Source: Octopus bimaculoides (Eukaryota). Taken from it: a stretch of DNA of 36,102 nucleotides. Within the stretch, counting starts at the first letter, position 1; the number at the start of each line of letters is the position of its first letter. Of this stretch, positions 1-12,499 are shown piece by piece. The notes under the pieces are model-generated. The model made no database searches. It worked only from the letters and a program-made list of their open reading frames with translations, and had not been told where the DNA came from. The translations under genes were made by a program, and so were the position numbers. The stretch is from the NCBI RefSeq assembly GCF_001194135.2, contig NC_068997.1, positions 584,845-620,946 on the forward strand, in the 5' to 3' direction.

Positions 1-249
1 TATATATATATATATATATATAGGAAGCTAACAGCCTGTATGTATATCCATTTGTTGAACAGTACTGATCTTCATTATTGTTGTGGGGTAGATATATATA
101 AAACATATTAAATATTAATTAATCTATTGCTATTTTAATATTACTTAGAAAGACTATAATTTCTCCTAGTTTAGGCGTACATTTTTATGCCCCTATGAAT
201 TCACCCCGTTACTTTCGCGCATACTATGTCTATACGTGTAACTATGAAG

Positions 250-380
250 TACAGGGTGTCCACCAAGTCTGGGTACACGGGGATTAACACATACTTTAAG
301 AAATTATTATCTCTTATATTTAATTGTTTATGTTATGATTTTATTTACTCCATGCACCCAGACCTTGTGGACACTCTGTA
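250..380. mobile_element. Tc1/mariner-type MITE (~130 bp)
   Basis: Left end TACAGGGTGTCCACCAAGTCTGGGTACACGGGGA matches the reverse complement of the right end (TACAGAGTGTCCACAAGGTCTGGGTGCATGGAGTAA). TA-CAG...CTG-TA termini are typical of Tc1/mariner derivatives. Confidence 0.75.
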
Positions 381-738
381 TATTGTATTTGTTTTATATT
401 ATACATTTTAGAATTTATGCATGTGTATATACTTCCATAAAAGCATACATACTTGTTAGCATACTCATGTGTGTATTTGTAATTATAATAATTTAAGAAA
501 CATATGACTACCACGCCTTTTGACTTTGATGTTAAATAGAGTATTCTTTAGAATGATGCGACTTAATTGAAACATGTTTTATATGTGTATATGTTTGTAT
601 GTATGTATGCATGTATCTGTCTGTCTGTTTCTGTCTTTTTGTCTGCCTTTATAAACTATCTATCCATCTGTCTGCCTGTCTTTCTTTCTTTATTTCTTTC
701 TTTCTTTCTTTATTTCTTTCTGTCTGACTGTCTGTCTA

Positions 739-752
739 TCTATCTATCTATC

Positions 753-810
<58 letters not shown>

Positions 811-837
811 GATAGATAGATAGATAGATAGATAGAT
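739..837. repeat. (TATC)n tract abutting a (GATA)n tract
   Basis: Read directly; the two tracts are reverse complements joined at TCTAGA. Confidence 0.95.
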
Positions 838-1016
838 TACTGTCTATTCATTCACCCCTCTCCTCACCGCGTTGTCCTCTGTTTCACGTGAAATATGGTA
901 AAACAAAATCACTACAGTTTATCTTATTATATTGTAATATTCAAATCTACATAAGGATTATGTTTTTTTAATTTTACGCGTGAGTCCACGGGTACAGTAT
1001 CATTATCGGAATACAT

Positions 1017-1114
1017 CCGGGTCGATAAAGATAAAGTACCAACTAAGTACTGGGGATAAAATCATTGACGAATAGCTTCCTGTTAAAATAACTGGCCTTG
1101 TGCCTATATTAGAA
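1017..1114 (+). mobile_element. tRNA-derived SINE family A, 3' half
   Basis: GGGTCGATAAA...AAGTACCA...GGCCTTGTGCCTATATTAGAA matches the other family A copies in this window. Confidence 0.6.
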
Positions 1115-1120
1115 GCCACT

Positions 1121-1330
1121 GAGCTGGCAGAGTCGTTAGCACGCCGGACAAAAAAGTTTAGCAGAATTTCGTATGTCTTTACGTTCTGTGTTCAAATGCC
1201 GCCAAAGTCGACTTTGCCTTTCATCCGTCAGCGTCGATGAAATAAGTACCAGTTGGGGACAGGAGTCGATGTATCCCTTGGTACTTCACCAAATTCCAGG
1301 CCTTGTGCCCACAGAAGAAAAGAAAGCATT
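1121..1330 (+). mobile_element. tRNA-derived SINE family A, near full length
   Basis: Head GAGCTGGCAGAGTCGTTAGC (A-box-like) and GTGTTCAAATGCC (B-box-like), core GTCGACTTTGCCTTTCATCC...GTCGATGAAATAAGTACCAG, tail GGCCTTGTGCC. Multiple copies in this window. Confidence 0.8.
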
Positions 1331-1374
1331 GTTCTTATTGTGGTTGTGGTTGTTATTCCAATTGCGCCGAGATC

Positions 1375-1495
1375 TTCTTTGCCTTCCAACCTTTCGAGGT
1401 CGATAAAATGACTATCATTCAAGCACTGCGATCGATGTAATCGACAAGTCACCACAGATTTCAGGTTTTCTGCCTATATTAGAAACGGTTAATGT
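1375..1495 (+). mobile_element. SINE family A, 5'-truncated copy
   Basis: TTTGCCTTCCAACCTTTCGAGGTCGATAAAATG core and GATCGATGTAATCGAC segment, followed by an (ATC)n tract. Confidence 0.6.
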
Positions 1496-1611
1496 CATCA
1501 TTATCATCATCATCACCATCATCATCATTAAATTTCATACATTTAAGTGCAAGTATAGATGTGTGTGTATATCAGGATGAGTGTGTGTGAGAGAATCCAA
1601 ATAGCATACGC

Positions 1612-1637
1612 ACGCACACATACATTACACGCGCGCG

Positions 1638-1690
<53 letters not shown>
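1612..1690. repeat. (CG)/(CA) alternating purine-pyrimidine microsatellite
   Basis: Read directly: acacgcgcgcgcacgcgcgcgcacacaca... Confidence 0.9.
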
Positions 1691-1693
<3 letters not shown>

Positions 1694-2056
1694 TGTGCTC
1701 ATATGTTTGTGTGTGTAATAATTTATATGCATGAATGTGTGTATATATATATATANNNNNNNNNNNNNNNNNNNNNNNNNNNNNNNNNNNNNNNNNNNNN
1801 NNNNNNNNNNNNNNNNNNNNNNNNNNNNNNNNNNNNNNNNNNNNNNNNNNNNNNNNNNNNNNNNNNNNNNNNNNNNNNNNNNNNNNNNNNNNNNNNNNNN
1901 NNNNNNNNNNNNNNNNNNNNNNNNNNNNNNNNNNNNNNNNNNNNNNNNNNNNNNNNNNNNNNNNNNNNNNNNNNNNNNNNNNNNNNNNNNNNNNNNNNNN
2001 NNNNNNNNNNNNNNNNNNNNNNNNNNNNNNNNNNNNNNNNNNNNNNNNNNNNNNNN

Positions 2057-2089
<33 letters not shown>

Positions 2090-2141
2090 TTATATACATA
2101 TATATTTGAATATATGTATATGTGTGTGTTTTATGTTCGTA

Positions 2142-2345
2142 TTTGTCCCCACCACCACTTGATAACCGGTGTTGGTATGTTTACGCACCGTAACTTAGTG
2201 GTCCAGCAACAAGGGTCAATAGAGTACGTACCAGGGTTTAACAAAATAGAATACTGGGTTAGATTTGTTGGACGAAACTCGTGAAGGCGGTGCCCTAGCG
2301 TCACTGCAGTTCGAAGATTGAGACAGGTACAAGGTAAAAGATAAA
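2142..2345 (+). mobile_element. SINE family B, 3' body/tail
   Basis: TTTGTCCCCACCACC...TGATAACCGGTGTTGG...CCGTAACTTAGTGG...AAGGCGGTGCCCTAGCG...GTAAAAGATAAAA is homologous to the copies at 11337, 24372, 30281 and 30688. Confidence 0.8.
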
Positions 2346-3748
2346 ATATATGCATACGTCTATATATTTATGAATAATGAATATATGTGTATATGTGTGT
2401 ATTTATATGTGTGGATGTGTGCATGTATAAGAATTTGTTCATATACAAATTCTTACGCATCTGTGTCAGTGTGTGTGTGTTGGTGTACGTGCGTGTGTGT
2501 GTGTGTGTTGGTGTACGTGCGTGTGTGTGTGTGCGTGTGTATGTAAGAAAAGAGATGAAAAAGAAATAAAATATTATCTCGTGTGCTTCATTAGCTTACA
2601 ATTGTTTCCACAATAAGACGAGGTCGATTCTTTGTTAAGTGTCTGAGTAATACCTTACGGTCTCATCAGAGCCTCAAAGATGAAGTACAATTCACTTGAG
2701 AAAACAAATTCATTTAAGGATATACATATGCATGTATATTTTTTATTCATATTGAATAAGTATGTGTTTGTGTACACACAAACACACACATATATAATGC
2801 CCACACACACACACGCATACACACATATATATATATGTATATGTATGGATATAAACCTTTGTGAGCATATATGTATATATGTTTATACGTAGATACACGT
2901 AATGCATGAGGTACTATCTGTATAATTCCCTTTATTTTTTAAACAATGCTTGATTGAGAATCTCCTTTGACCATCTTTTGATTTTACACACAATTGGAAA
3001 GAAATTAGCTACAGTGCATTTTCATATAAAATACAATTAAGTTTAGCAAAATTATTATATTTTGTATTAAAATTACGTTAAAATTTTGTGATTTTGTTTT
3101 CCAATGTTTTCATATTTTAATAATAATATATTCTTGTATTGTTTCTGTAGTTGATTTGTGAAGTGTACTTAACCGATAAATGATTTGCCCTGAAACCGTG
3201 CATCGAAACTAAAACGAAGACATAGATTAGCCAACCAAAAACACACTTAAATATTTATTTGGCGTCAAAGAATTTGTCACACCAACTGCGACCTGGTCAC
3301 TGACATGATCCCTCCAAATAATAAACGCTTGATTGAAGTTAAAGCCTTTGTTTTTGAATAGATAATATACGTCTGCCAGGCTACAATCGTTTTGTAATTG
3401 ATACTTAATTATGTATTTACTATTCGGTTATAGCAATTGTTCCAAAGAAAATTTAGACAACAATGACAGTAAGTGTGATTTGAAATGAGAGTGTCGCCAA
3501 TAATGAAAGTTTACTATCGTTGGAAATATTATTTGCTTTTCCAAAGGATTTTCTCATAGCATAGTTTTGTTGTCATACATTGATACTCTCTCTGTAGGAG
3601 AAACTATAACATATCCGGGCCATGTTCTAATTATACTTTAACAATTTCTGATTTGGGAGGCTACTTTAGTATATGTATGTGCATGTCTACCATCTGTTAA
3701 GTGTTTGCATGCTTGTGTCTGTGTCACTGTGTGTCTGAGCACATGTAC

Positions 3749-3810
<62 letters not shown>

Positions 3811-3829
3811 NNNNNNNNNNTCAGTTTCT

Positions 3830-5150
3830 TAGGCGTAGGGCTCGTCCACCTCATCAGATTTTCGGAGACGGATTCGAGGGAAATTTAAAAAAATTTAAAT
3901 CGCTTCTAGACATTTAGGCCTCCATTGGTCACTCCAAGTCATATCGTTGATTTTGATATCATAGTGACATCAGTTACTTTGTTGTTAGGTCGACGTTGAG
4001 CAGACAGGATGTTGGAGCACTTTATCGGAATTTTATACTCTCTTTTTATGAAGAGGTGAGCAAAGTCTCGGCTGGTATATCTAAGTTTTCAGCACTCAAA
4101 GGTTTGGCGTTCATTAACAAAGTGTAATTCTGGTAGCGATAAGATAGGTAACTTTTTATTTGTGGTATACATAGGATTGGTGATGTGTGTGCAGTTTCTC
4201 ACGGGGTAGAAGTAACAACTGCGAGTAGAGAAGGGCATAGTCAAAGATGCACCATAATATTGGGGTAAGTCGTTTCAATGGTTACGGAGTCCTGTGTCAC
4301 AATGATTCTTACTTGGTAAACAAGAAAGGCGACCCCCCCCCCGTTCGACTTATTCATGGAAAGCTACGGCGCACTGATATCGCTAATCACATCCTGTTAT
4401 CTAATTTAGATTCTCTACACAGCTTGGAATGATGGTTTCGCCATCACAAGCCAGACCCTGTATAATTTCGGTAAGAACCTTTTAAGCATCTTTAAAGAAA
4501 TCAACCGAACTGTAAACAACTTACGTCCTGTATGTAACCCTAGAACTCGAGACGGGCCACTATTAAACTTATCGGAAAAGGGTAGCACTAGCAGAAAGCC
4601 CAACGAAAGAATTCCACATATATATAGACACTTCAACTATTCCTAGCTGTAATTAGAAACGTAGTCACAGGTATCAGCACAAGGTTTTCAAATCTACCAT
4701 AGGACGAAGAGATCTTCAACAGGTCCACACAAAATAAAACATTAGTAAAGAGTGACTTTACCGATGAGTTAGTGTCCACGGAGGATAACTCCCCCTACCC
4801 ACAAACCCGAAGAGTGTTAGAAAGAGAAAGTAATCTGGTTTAATCTGTCATGTGATCTACCCATTTTCTTTAATATAGCTTGAAACTTCCTAATGCTAAT
4901 TAAAAAAGCTTTTCTCAAGAACACATTCATATCATAGACTCTTTAATTCCCATAGTATCAAGGTTAGTTCAACCGCTGCAAGCACGCGCCTACACGCTTT
5001 ATGTCGTACACTATACTCTGTAACTGGCGAAATTTTATCAACTGCCCGCTGGGAGGACCCTGTCTCTCAAGGTCTACTCTCACGCCATGTGATTCCATCA
5101 CAATAAAATACATGGGTATCATAGTTAACGACTCTAACGGAATATACATA
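3830..5150 (-). mobile_element. Highly degenerate CR1/L2-type LINE RT remnant (tentative)
   Basis: Broken minus-strand frames give MESHGVRVDL...RQLQSIV, LKRLTPILWCIFDYA and PELHFVNERQ...LRYTSRD...YKI, in the order expected for the CR1 RT and C-terminus. Many stops and frameshifts. Confidence 0.35.
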
Positions 5151-5363
5151 CTATACCTTTTTCATGTGTATGAATAGAGAAAATTCTATCTATCTGTTGT
5201 GTTTCATCTGAAAAGAGCGGAACCTTCTGAATCACGTCCCTGACATCAAATGCGGTATGCTTGACAGAGCTTTTACTTACTCACCTGAAGCTCACAATTA
5301 CCAACTCTATCTTCAGGAGAAAATGCACCTAATCCACAACTGTTATAAAATAAGTATGTTTGT

Positions 5364-5410
<47 letters not shown>

Positions 5411-5494
5411 AAGATATGTATATGCATATAAATATGTATATATCTCAGGGGAGATCAGCAACTACAAACTCAATCATCGACCAATCATAAAGCG

Positions 5495-5565
5495 ATAACA
5501 GGTGCTCCAGCATGGCTGCAGTCCGTCGAATGAAACCATTAAAATGGTAAAAGAATAAAAGAATA
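5495..5565 (+). mobile_element. SINE family B 3' end
   Basis: GGTGCTCCAGCATGGCTGCAGTC...GTAAAAGAATAAAAGA, then (TA)n and a gap. Confidence 0.6.
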
Positions 5566-6352
5566 TATNNNNNNNNNNNNNNNNNNNNNNNNNNNNNNNN
5601 NNNNNNNNNNNNNNNNNNNNNNNNNNNNNNNNNNNNNNNNNNNNNNNNNNNNNNNNNNNNNNNNNNNNNNNNNNNNNNNNNNNNNNNNNNNNNNNNNNNN
5701 NNNNNNNNNNNNNNNNNNNNNNNNNNNNNNNNNNNNNNNNNNNNNNNNNNNNNNNNNNNNNNNNNNNNNNNNNNNNNNNNNNNNNNNNNNNNNNNNNNNN
5801 NNNNNNNNNNNNNNNNNNNNNNNNNNNNNNNNNNNNNNNNNNNNNNNNNNNNNNNNNNNNNNNNNNNNNNNNNNNNNNNNNNNNNNNNNNNNNNNNNNNN
5901 NNNNNNNNNNNNNNNNNNNNNNNNNNNNNNNNNNNNNNNNNNNNNNNNNNNNNNNNNNNNNNNNNNNNNNNNNNNNNNNNNNNNNNNNNNNNNNNNNNNN
6001 NNNNNNNNNNNNNNNNNNNNNNNNNNNNNNNNNNNNNNNNNNNNNNNNNNNNNNNNNNNNNNNNNNNNNNNNNNNNNNNNNNNNNNNNNNNNNNNNNNNN
6101 NNNNNNNNNNNNNNNNNNNNNNNNNNNNNNNNNNNNNNNNNNNNNNNNNNNNNNNNNNNNNNNNNNNNNNNNNNNNNNNNNNNNNNNNNNNNNNNNNNNN
6201 NNNNNNNNNNNNNNNNNNNNNNNNNNNNNNNNNNNNNNNNNNNNNNNNNNNNNNNNNNNNNNNNNNNNNNNNNNNNNNNNNNNNNNNNNNNNNNNNNNNN
6301 NNNNNNNNNNNNTATATATATATATATACATACATACATACATACATACATA

Positions 6353-6406
6353 TAGGTGGTGCTCCAGCATAGCCACAGTCAAAACGACTGAAACAAGTAA
6401 AAGAAT
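6353..6406 (+). mobile_element. SINE family B 3' end
   Basis: AGGTGGTGCTCCAGCATAGCCACAGTCAAAACGACTGAAACAAGTAAAAGA. Confidence 0.65.
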
Positions 6407-6470
6407 ATATATATATATGCACACACATGCATATGTATATATAAACATAACATATTTATATATATTTATA

Positions 6471-6590
6471 ATTCTTTAACAAGAATATTATTCAAAGTGA
6501 CTTCGAAATTTTGGCCAGATTGATTTAATGCGTCAGAATCCGATGGCAGAAACTTCGAAATCACTTTTAATACTATTCTTGTTAAAGAAT
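6471..6590. repeat. Inverted repeat, ~47-bp arms, ~26-bp spacer
   Basis: 6471-6517 ATTCTTTAACAAGAATATTATTCAAAGTGACTTCGAAATTTTGGCCA pairs with 6544-6590, whose reverse complement is ATTCTTTAACAAGAATAGTATTAAAAGTGATTTCGAAGTTTCTGCCA. Confidence 0.85.
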
Positions 6591-6897
6591 AATAAATTTG
6601 TACTTTAAAGATTAATATAAAATTATTTTTTTATTATAACTGATCACAAAGTAAACATTAGTATATTTACATATACTTGTATATGTGATATACCTGGTTA
6701 ACAGAATGTCCAATGAATTGATTGATTAACGAATTATAAATTATTGGTTCCATTATGCATACAAACCATTGTACATAGAGTGGAATCAGATCCTCAAGAT
6801 AAAGACTTATGTAAGAATATCATTCCTCATTCTCGCTCTGATTACTCTCTTTCTCTCTCTCACTGTATATGTATATATGTATATATGTATATATGTA

Positions 6898-6950
<53 letters not shown>

Positions 6951-8129
6951 NNNNNNNNNNNNNNNNNNNNNNNNNNNNNNNNNNNNNNNNNNNNNNNNNN
7001 NNNNNNNNNNNNNNNNNNNNNNNNNNNNNNNNNNNNNNNNNNNNNNNNNNNNNNNNNNNNNNNNNNNNNNNNNNNNNNNNNNNNNNNNNNNNNNNNNNNN
7101 NNNNNNNNNNNNNNNNNNNNNNNNNNNNNNNNNNNNNNNNNNNNNNNNNNNNNNNNNNNNNNNNNNNNNNNNNNNNNNNNNNNNNNNNNNNNNNNNNNNN
7201 NNNNNNNNNNNNNNNNNNNNNNNNNNNNNNNNNNNNNNNNNNNNNNNNNNNNNNNNNNNNNNNNNNNNNNNNNNNNNNNNNNNNNNNNNNNNNNNNNNNN
7301 NNNNNNNNNNNNNNNNNNNNNNNNNNNNNNNNNNNNNNNNNNNNNNNNNNNNNNNNNNNNNNNNNNNNNNNNNNNNNNNNNNNNNNNNNNNNNNNNNNNN
7401 NNNNNNNNNNNNNNNNNNNNNNNNNNNNNNNNNNNNNNNNNNNNNNNNNNNNNNNNNNNNNNNNNNNNNNNNNNNNNNNNNNNNNNNNNNNNNNNNNNNN
7501 NNNNNNNNNNNNNNNNNNNNNNNNNNNNNNNNNNNNNNNNNNNNNNNNNNNNNNNNNNNNNNNNNNNNNNNNNNNNNNNNNNNNNNNNNNNNNNNNNNNN
7601 NNNNNNNNNNNNNNNNNNNNNNNNNNNNNNNNNNNNNNNNNNNNNNNNNNNNNNNNNNNNNNNNNNNNNNNNNNNNNNNNNNNNNNNNNNNNNNNNNNNN
7701 NNNNNNNNNNNNNNNNNNNNNNATATAAACACACACACACACACACACATATATATATCGTCCATTGGACGATGTAAGTTCGTGATTTGACTGGAGTCTA
7801 AAATAGTGTAATTCCGCTTCTGTCTCTGCTTCTGTCTGTGATGCTCTGGCGATCGAAGTAAAAGCAGCACGGCGAGCACGCCGAAGCACACGCTGTTCTT
7901 CTGCCACGCTTGCCCACAAGGGACACAAAACAGAAGCATTTTTTGTTTTTCTGGCAATGTAACTCTTCCTTTTTCAAGGCATCCTACCGAAAATCTGTAA
8001 TTGAATGAATCTTTAAAAAAAATCAATTAAATTTACTTCGTTGCTGTTTGCAAGCACTAAGTATGGTATTTCAACACAAAAAATTTCCACAACGCTGAAG
8101 CAATGGTATTGTAAGCACCAAATGGCACG

Positions 8130-8850
8130 TGGATGCGGACAGTTGTGAATTAGCATTCACATCTATAAGCACACGTGGACAAATCGTATTTCGAGAAAAT
8201 CGATATTCTATCGACCAAAAGTGCAATTGCGATAAAATGTAAACGATCGATGCAAACACCAGTGCACTGACAGTAAAGTAAAGGTAAAGGGTATTTCTAA
8301 GAAATATCACACTTAAGTACGAAATTTAAATAAAAAGAATGTGCAAATCGAAACGGTTTCTAGGACTTCTCTGAAAATGAAAGACAGCCAAAACTGGGCT
8401 TCCTTTGAGAAAAAAAGATGTTAGCATTAAAATTGCTTTATATTAATTTGGAAGTAATGAAAATTCTTTACAAATAGAGTTATTTAAGTCCACATAACCG
8501 GAAAACTTCAAATGGGATATAGGGTTCGGCAATATGTGATGTTGACCGATAAAGTAGCAAACCTTGTGGATGAATAAGCTACCACAACCGACCGAATAGT
8601 GCTTTTTTTTAGAATGTAACCGAAGAATTTGATTAGTAAAATTAGTAACAATGATAAGAATTTGACAAAATATCGTTCAATTATGTTTACTGATAAAAAA
8701 ATAACTCATAATTCCAAATGTTGATCCTAAAATTCCTTCTTCTTGAAATGGAATTAAAGAATAAACAATGGGCATGGATGTGTCAAATCAAGCGAGTCAC
8801 GCATAAGTCGAAAAATACCGCTCATTTTTAGTTTTATATAAGAACTGTTA
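8130..8850 (+). mobile_element. Possible PIF/Harbinger transposase fossil (tentative)
   Basis: Broken frames give FQMGYRVRQYV, TLWMNKLPQPTE, VTEEF and a GAMDG-like word, in Harbinger transposase order (FxMGxSTVxxIV...LW...LPxPT...F...GAIDG). Heavily mutated; no TIRs identified. Confidence 0.3.
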
Positions 8851-9435
8851 ACTAAAGTTTTAGATATTTGTCACCCAAATTTCCACGTTCAATTACCAAT
8901 CAATTTGTCATTTTCTATTGTCAATTGAATTTCGTTGTGAGAAAATATTCACACAGCTGATTGATCGCCAATTTATTCGTTAAAGTTGATATTTTATTTC
9001 ATTTTTATTTATTCAGAATAATTGCCTTCTCTTCTTACTCTTTTGTGTCAGCTTATTTATTAAACACAGAATGACACGCCTGGATGCACGTATTCGAGGA
9101 CAGTTCCTTTTAAAAAGTTATCGATTTTTAATGCAATCACATATGTTCTTTCATGAAATTGCTTAGAAAGCTTAATGCAGTTAATGCTTTGATGCTGATT
9201 GGACGAACATATGTGATTTGCAGAACGATAGCCAATAAGCGCTATTGAAATCGGATTTTAAAAGGGAAAATCTCACCTTATGAAATTTAACTGATGCACT
9301 AACTGTGACGTTTTTTTACCTATGTGTAAAATTTCAGGGCGATCAGTTCAAAAATAGGCCGTTATAATCTTTTAGACAGATACACATACACGTACATGCA
9401 TACATACATACATACATACATACATACATACATAC

Positions 9436-9516
<81 letters not shown>

Positions 9517-9730
9517 TTTGAGCAAGACACTTTATTTCACGTTGCTCCACTCCACTCAGCTGGAAAAATGTGTAGTACCCGTATTTCAGAAAGTCAGCTG
9601 TGTCACACTGAGCACTCCACAGACACGCATAACCTAAACATAGTTAAGGGTATGCATATCTGTGGAGTGCTCAGCCATTTGTACTTTAATTTTTCGAGCT
9701 AGCTGTTCTATTGACAAGACCAACTGGAAT
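9517..9730 (+). mobile_element. CORE-like SINE (family D), head missing
   Basis: TTGAGCAAGACACTTTATTTCACGTTGCTCCACTCCACTCAGCTGGAAAAATG resembles the invertebrate CORE-SINE central domain; a related sequence lies at 11775-11958(-). Confidence 0.55.
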
Positions 9731-9849
9731 CATTTTCAATTTAAGTAAGATTCCATCTCTGGAATATAGATAACAAAAACAAATTGCCATTTTTAACTTG
9801 AGAAAGTCTTCGTTCCAAGGATTTCACTGTCTCTTTCGTTTACTAGAGA

Positions 9850-10722
9850 TGATGAGATTACAAGTGCATCGCCTTCGAGGTGAGATGTCATGTAACGGTT
9901 ACGAGTCCAAGCGGAGCCGCATTTCATATTACTTTTGTCTTGAAGTCTTCGGGAAATAATCCCACCCTTCGTCTTTGTCTTTTTCTTTTTTTTTTTTAAC
10001 ACGAAGATTTTTTTAGGTCCAGTTGTTTTGGTTTTATGTGAGGTTGTAAGGAAGAAAGGCCCCGCCGATGAGCTCACTTCATGTTTCAGTACTAGGTTTA
10101 TGTATTTATTTTTACTGCTGTTGTTTAGTAGGTGCTGTCTGAAAGTGACTATACTGCATTCGAAGGCTGTCTGCACTGATTTCAAGCTTCTACCTCCTTA
10201 ATCACTTCTTAGAGCCTGTTGATAATACTGTTTCTGTAGAACTTTCCAGCTGATGTTAGGATCTTACTGGTTTTAATGTCTATGGAGTGGCTATCCTCTA
10301 CAGACCAATAAAGCTTCCTAAATGTTGGTATCAATATTGGCACTGCGAATGCATTGTGGGTTATTGTTTTGTTGTAAGAGGAGAGTTCCGACTGCCATAT
10401 TTTTGTATGTCTCAGATCACTTTATCATCATTCACAACATATTCGTAAGATATGTTTTCATCATTGCCTAGGTAGCATTCTTTATGTGGAACAGAAGAAA
10501 CAGAAAAACCGTTGCTGTACAGGTTTTGAATTGCGGGAGGACTGATTTTCCATGTTCAGTAACCAATTACGAACACTTCTTTTGGTCAAATTCTATTCCT
10601 ATGTCAAGTGAAAATGTTTTCAACTCCAGCTGTTTTTTTTTTGGCATTGTTAACATTTTCAACATACAACTTCAGGCCATCCGCAAAGAAATTATGAGTT
10701 ACATTGGTATCTCTAGCAGTTG
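9850..10722 (-). mobile_element. R4/Dong-clade (RLE) non-LTR retrotransposon RT remnant
   Basis: Minus-strand frames give THNFFADGLKLY, TFSLDIGIEF, KIWQSELSSYNKTITHNAFAVPILIPTF, IDIKTSKIL, LKSVQTAFECSIV and YMTSHLEG. These are RT and thumb motifs of R4-clade elements, with stops and frameshifts. Confidence 0.8.
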
Positions 10723-11162
10723 CAGTCTTTAACATGCAGTCATTGGATTTTTATATAGCAGAAATAATGTATGTATGTATGTATGTATGTATGTATGTAT
10801 GTATGTATGTATGTATGCGAACACGTAATCCAGTTCCTATCATATGCCTTGAGTTCGAATCCATAATACATGAAATCTATCAGACAAACAAAGATGAAAC
10901 CGTCTTCCTTTAATATCATTAGAAACTGAGGAGTTTTCAGAGGTGGCTGTGCCTCTACTAATTGAAGCACCTCTTTGTCTATCCAGCTTATTCTGTATAA
11001 AAACACGATATATAAGTCTGTATGTGGATCTATGTTGTTTTGTGTTATGGAAACATTTACATTGGCATCTATCTACCTGAAATCTCTCTGCCTCTCTCTC
11101 TATGTGTGTGTCTGTGTGTCTGCGTGTATGTATGCATGTATGTATGTATGTATGCATGCATG

Positions 11163-11223
<61 letters not shown>

Positions 11224-11336
11224 NNNNNNNNNNNNNNNNNNNNNNNNNNNNNNNNNNNNNNNNNNNNNNNNNNNNNNNNNNNNNNNNNNNNNAGAGAGAG
11301 AGAGAGAGAGAAAGAGAGAGGGAGAGAGAGAGAGAG

Positions 11337-11570
11337 ATCTTTTATTATCTTTCAGTTAGTACACTGCGGCCATGCTGGGGCATTGCCTTGAAAAGTTTTT
11401 GTTTTTTTTCAGTCGAACGAATTGATCGCAGTCCTTTTTTAAAGCCTGGTGTTTATTCAATCGAGTCTCTTTTGCGGAACTGCTAAGCCACGGGGACGTA
11501 AATAAACCAACATCAGTTGTCAATCGGTGGTGAGGGACAAACACAGTCAGAAAGACAAACACACAGACAC
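11337..11570 (-). mobile_element. SINE family B body/tail
   Basis: CTGCGGCCATGCTGGGGCATTGCCTTGAA...GCGGAACTGCTAAGCCACGGGGACGTAAATAAACC...GGGACAAACACAG, followed by a CA-rich tract. Confidence 0.8.
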
Positions 11571-11774
11571 ACAAACACACACAAACACACACAAACACAA
11601 ACACAAACGTACACAAACACAGACGCACACACGCACGCCTCCTGCTCCCCCACCACCCACACACACAGACGCACCACCCCACCCCACACACTTCTCGAAA
11701 TATCGACCAAGTTATCCGATGTTCTTATACATCGCTACTCACCATGCACTTTATACTGTTTTCATTGTTTTAGC

Positions 11775-11958
11775 GTTCGAATGACTGCCACGCTACTGCC
11801 CAGGCTGGCAGGCCGACATTTCTCCATGAACAGAAAACCGGTCCGTTGCAGGCTTAGCTGTTTCCAGTTGAATGCACTGAAGCAACGTGAAATGCATTGC
11901 TTTGCTCACTTGGTTCTTGTGAACGTCAGTGCAAGACCCTAACCAGTCAGCCACGCGC
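11775..11958 (-). mobile_element. CORE-like SINE (family D) with tRNA-like head, degenerate
   Basis: Minus strand reads GGCGCGTGGCTGACTGGTTAGGG...GTGAGCAAAGCAATGCATTTCACGTTGCTTCAGTGCATTCAACTGG, homologous to 9517-9570. Confidence 0.5.
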
Positions 11959-12156
11959 CTTTATATGTGTGTGCCTACATACTAATTTTTGAAAAACTAT
12001 GATTCCATCGCACGTGAAAGCTGCTAATACATGTCAGCTCATAAGACGGTGTTTGTGTGCGCTTCTTAAAACTCTAATTTTAAATCTTGCCCTTTTCTCT
12101 TGCTAACAGTTTTCAACGCCCTCCACCTCTCCCACCGTTTTAATGTATGTACACGC

Positions 12157-12189
<33 letters not shown>

Positions 12190-12255
12190 NNNNNNNNNNN
12201 NNNNNNNNNNNNNNNNNNNNNNNNNNNNNNNNNNNNNNNNNNNNNNNNNNNNNNN

Positions 12256-12301
<46 letters not shown>

Positions 12302-12499
12302 GCAGAAGATTAGTAAAAGTCCCAGACATAGATAAATCAGTAGAAGTTAAGCGAATAGAAACAACAGCAGCAACAAAATATAAATATCAATTATAACAAC
12401 AATAACAATAGTGATTAATACAGTTCTGTATTTAAGAGATGAAGAATTATGTACATTATTTTCATTTGATGGATATTTGTCCTCATCTTGTTTGTTGTT

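Noticed and set aside
2652-2669. Minus-strand CTGATGA-GACC-GTAA-GGT, a hammerhead-like 5' half
   Set aside because: No C-GAAA or stem III follows, and no stem I partner was found; incomplete, possibly chance.
2905-3370. Possible mariner-like non-autonomous element
   Set aside because: The putative terminal repeats match too poorly and no transposase motif was readable.
3821-3860. Minus-strand CTGATGA...GAAAC next to a gap
   Set aside because: The putative stem II is weak and separated from GAAAC by three extra nucleotides. The 3' side is lost in Ns, so stems I and III cannot be tested.
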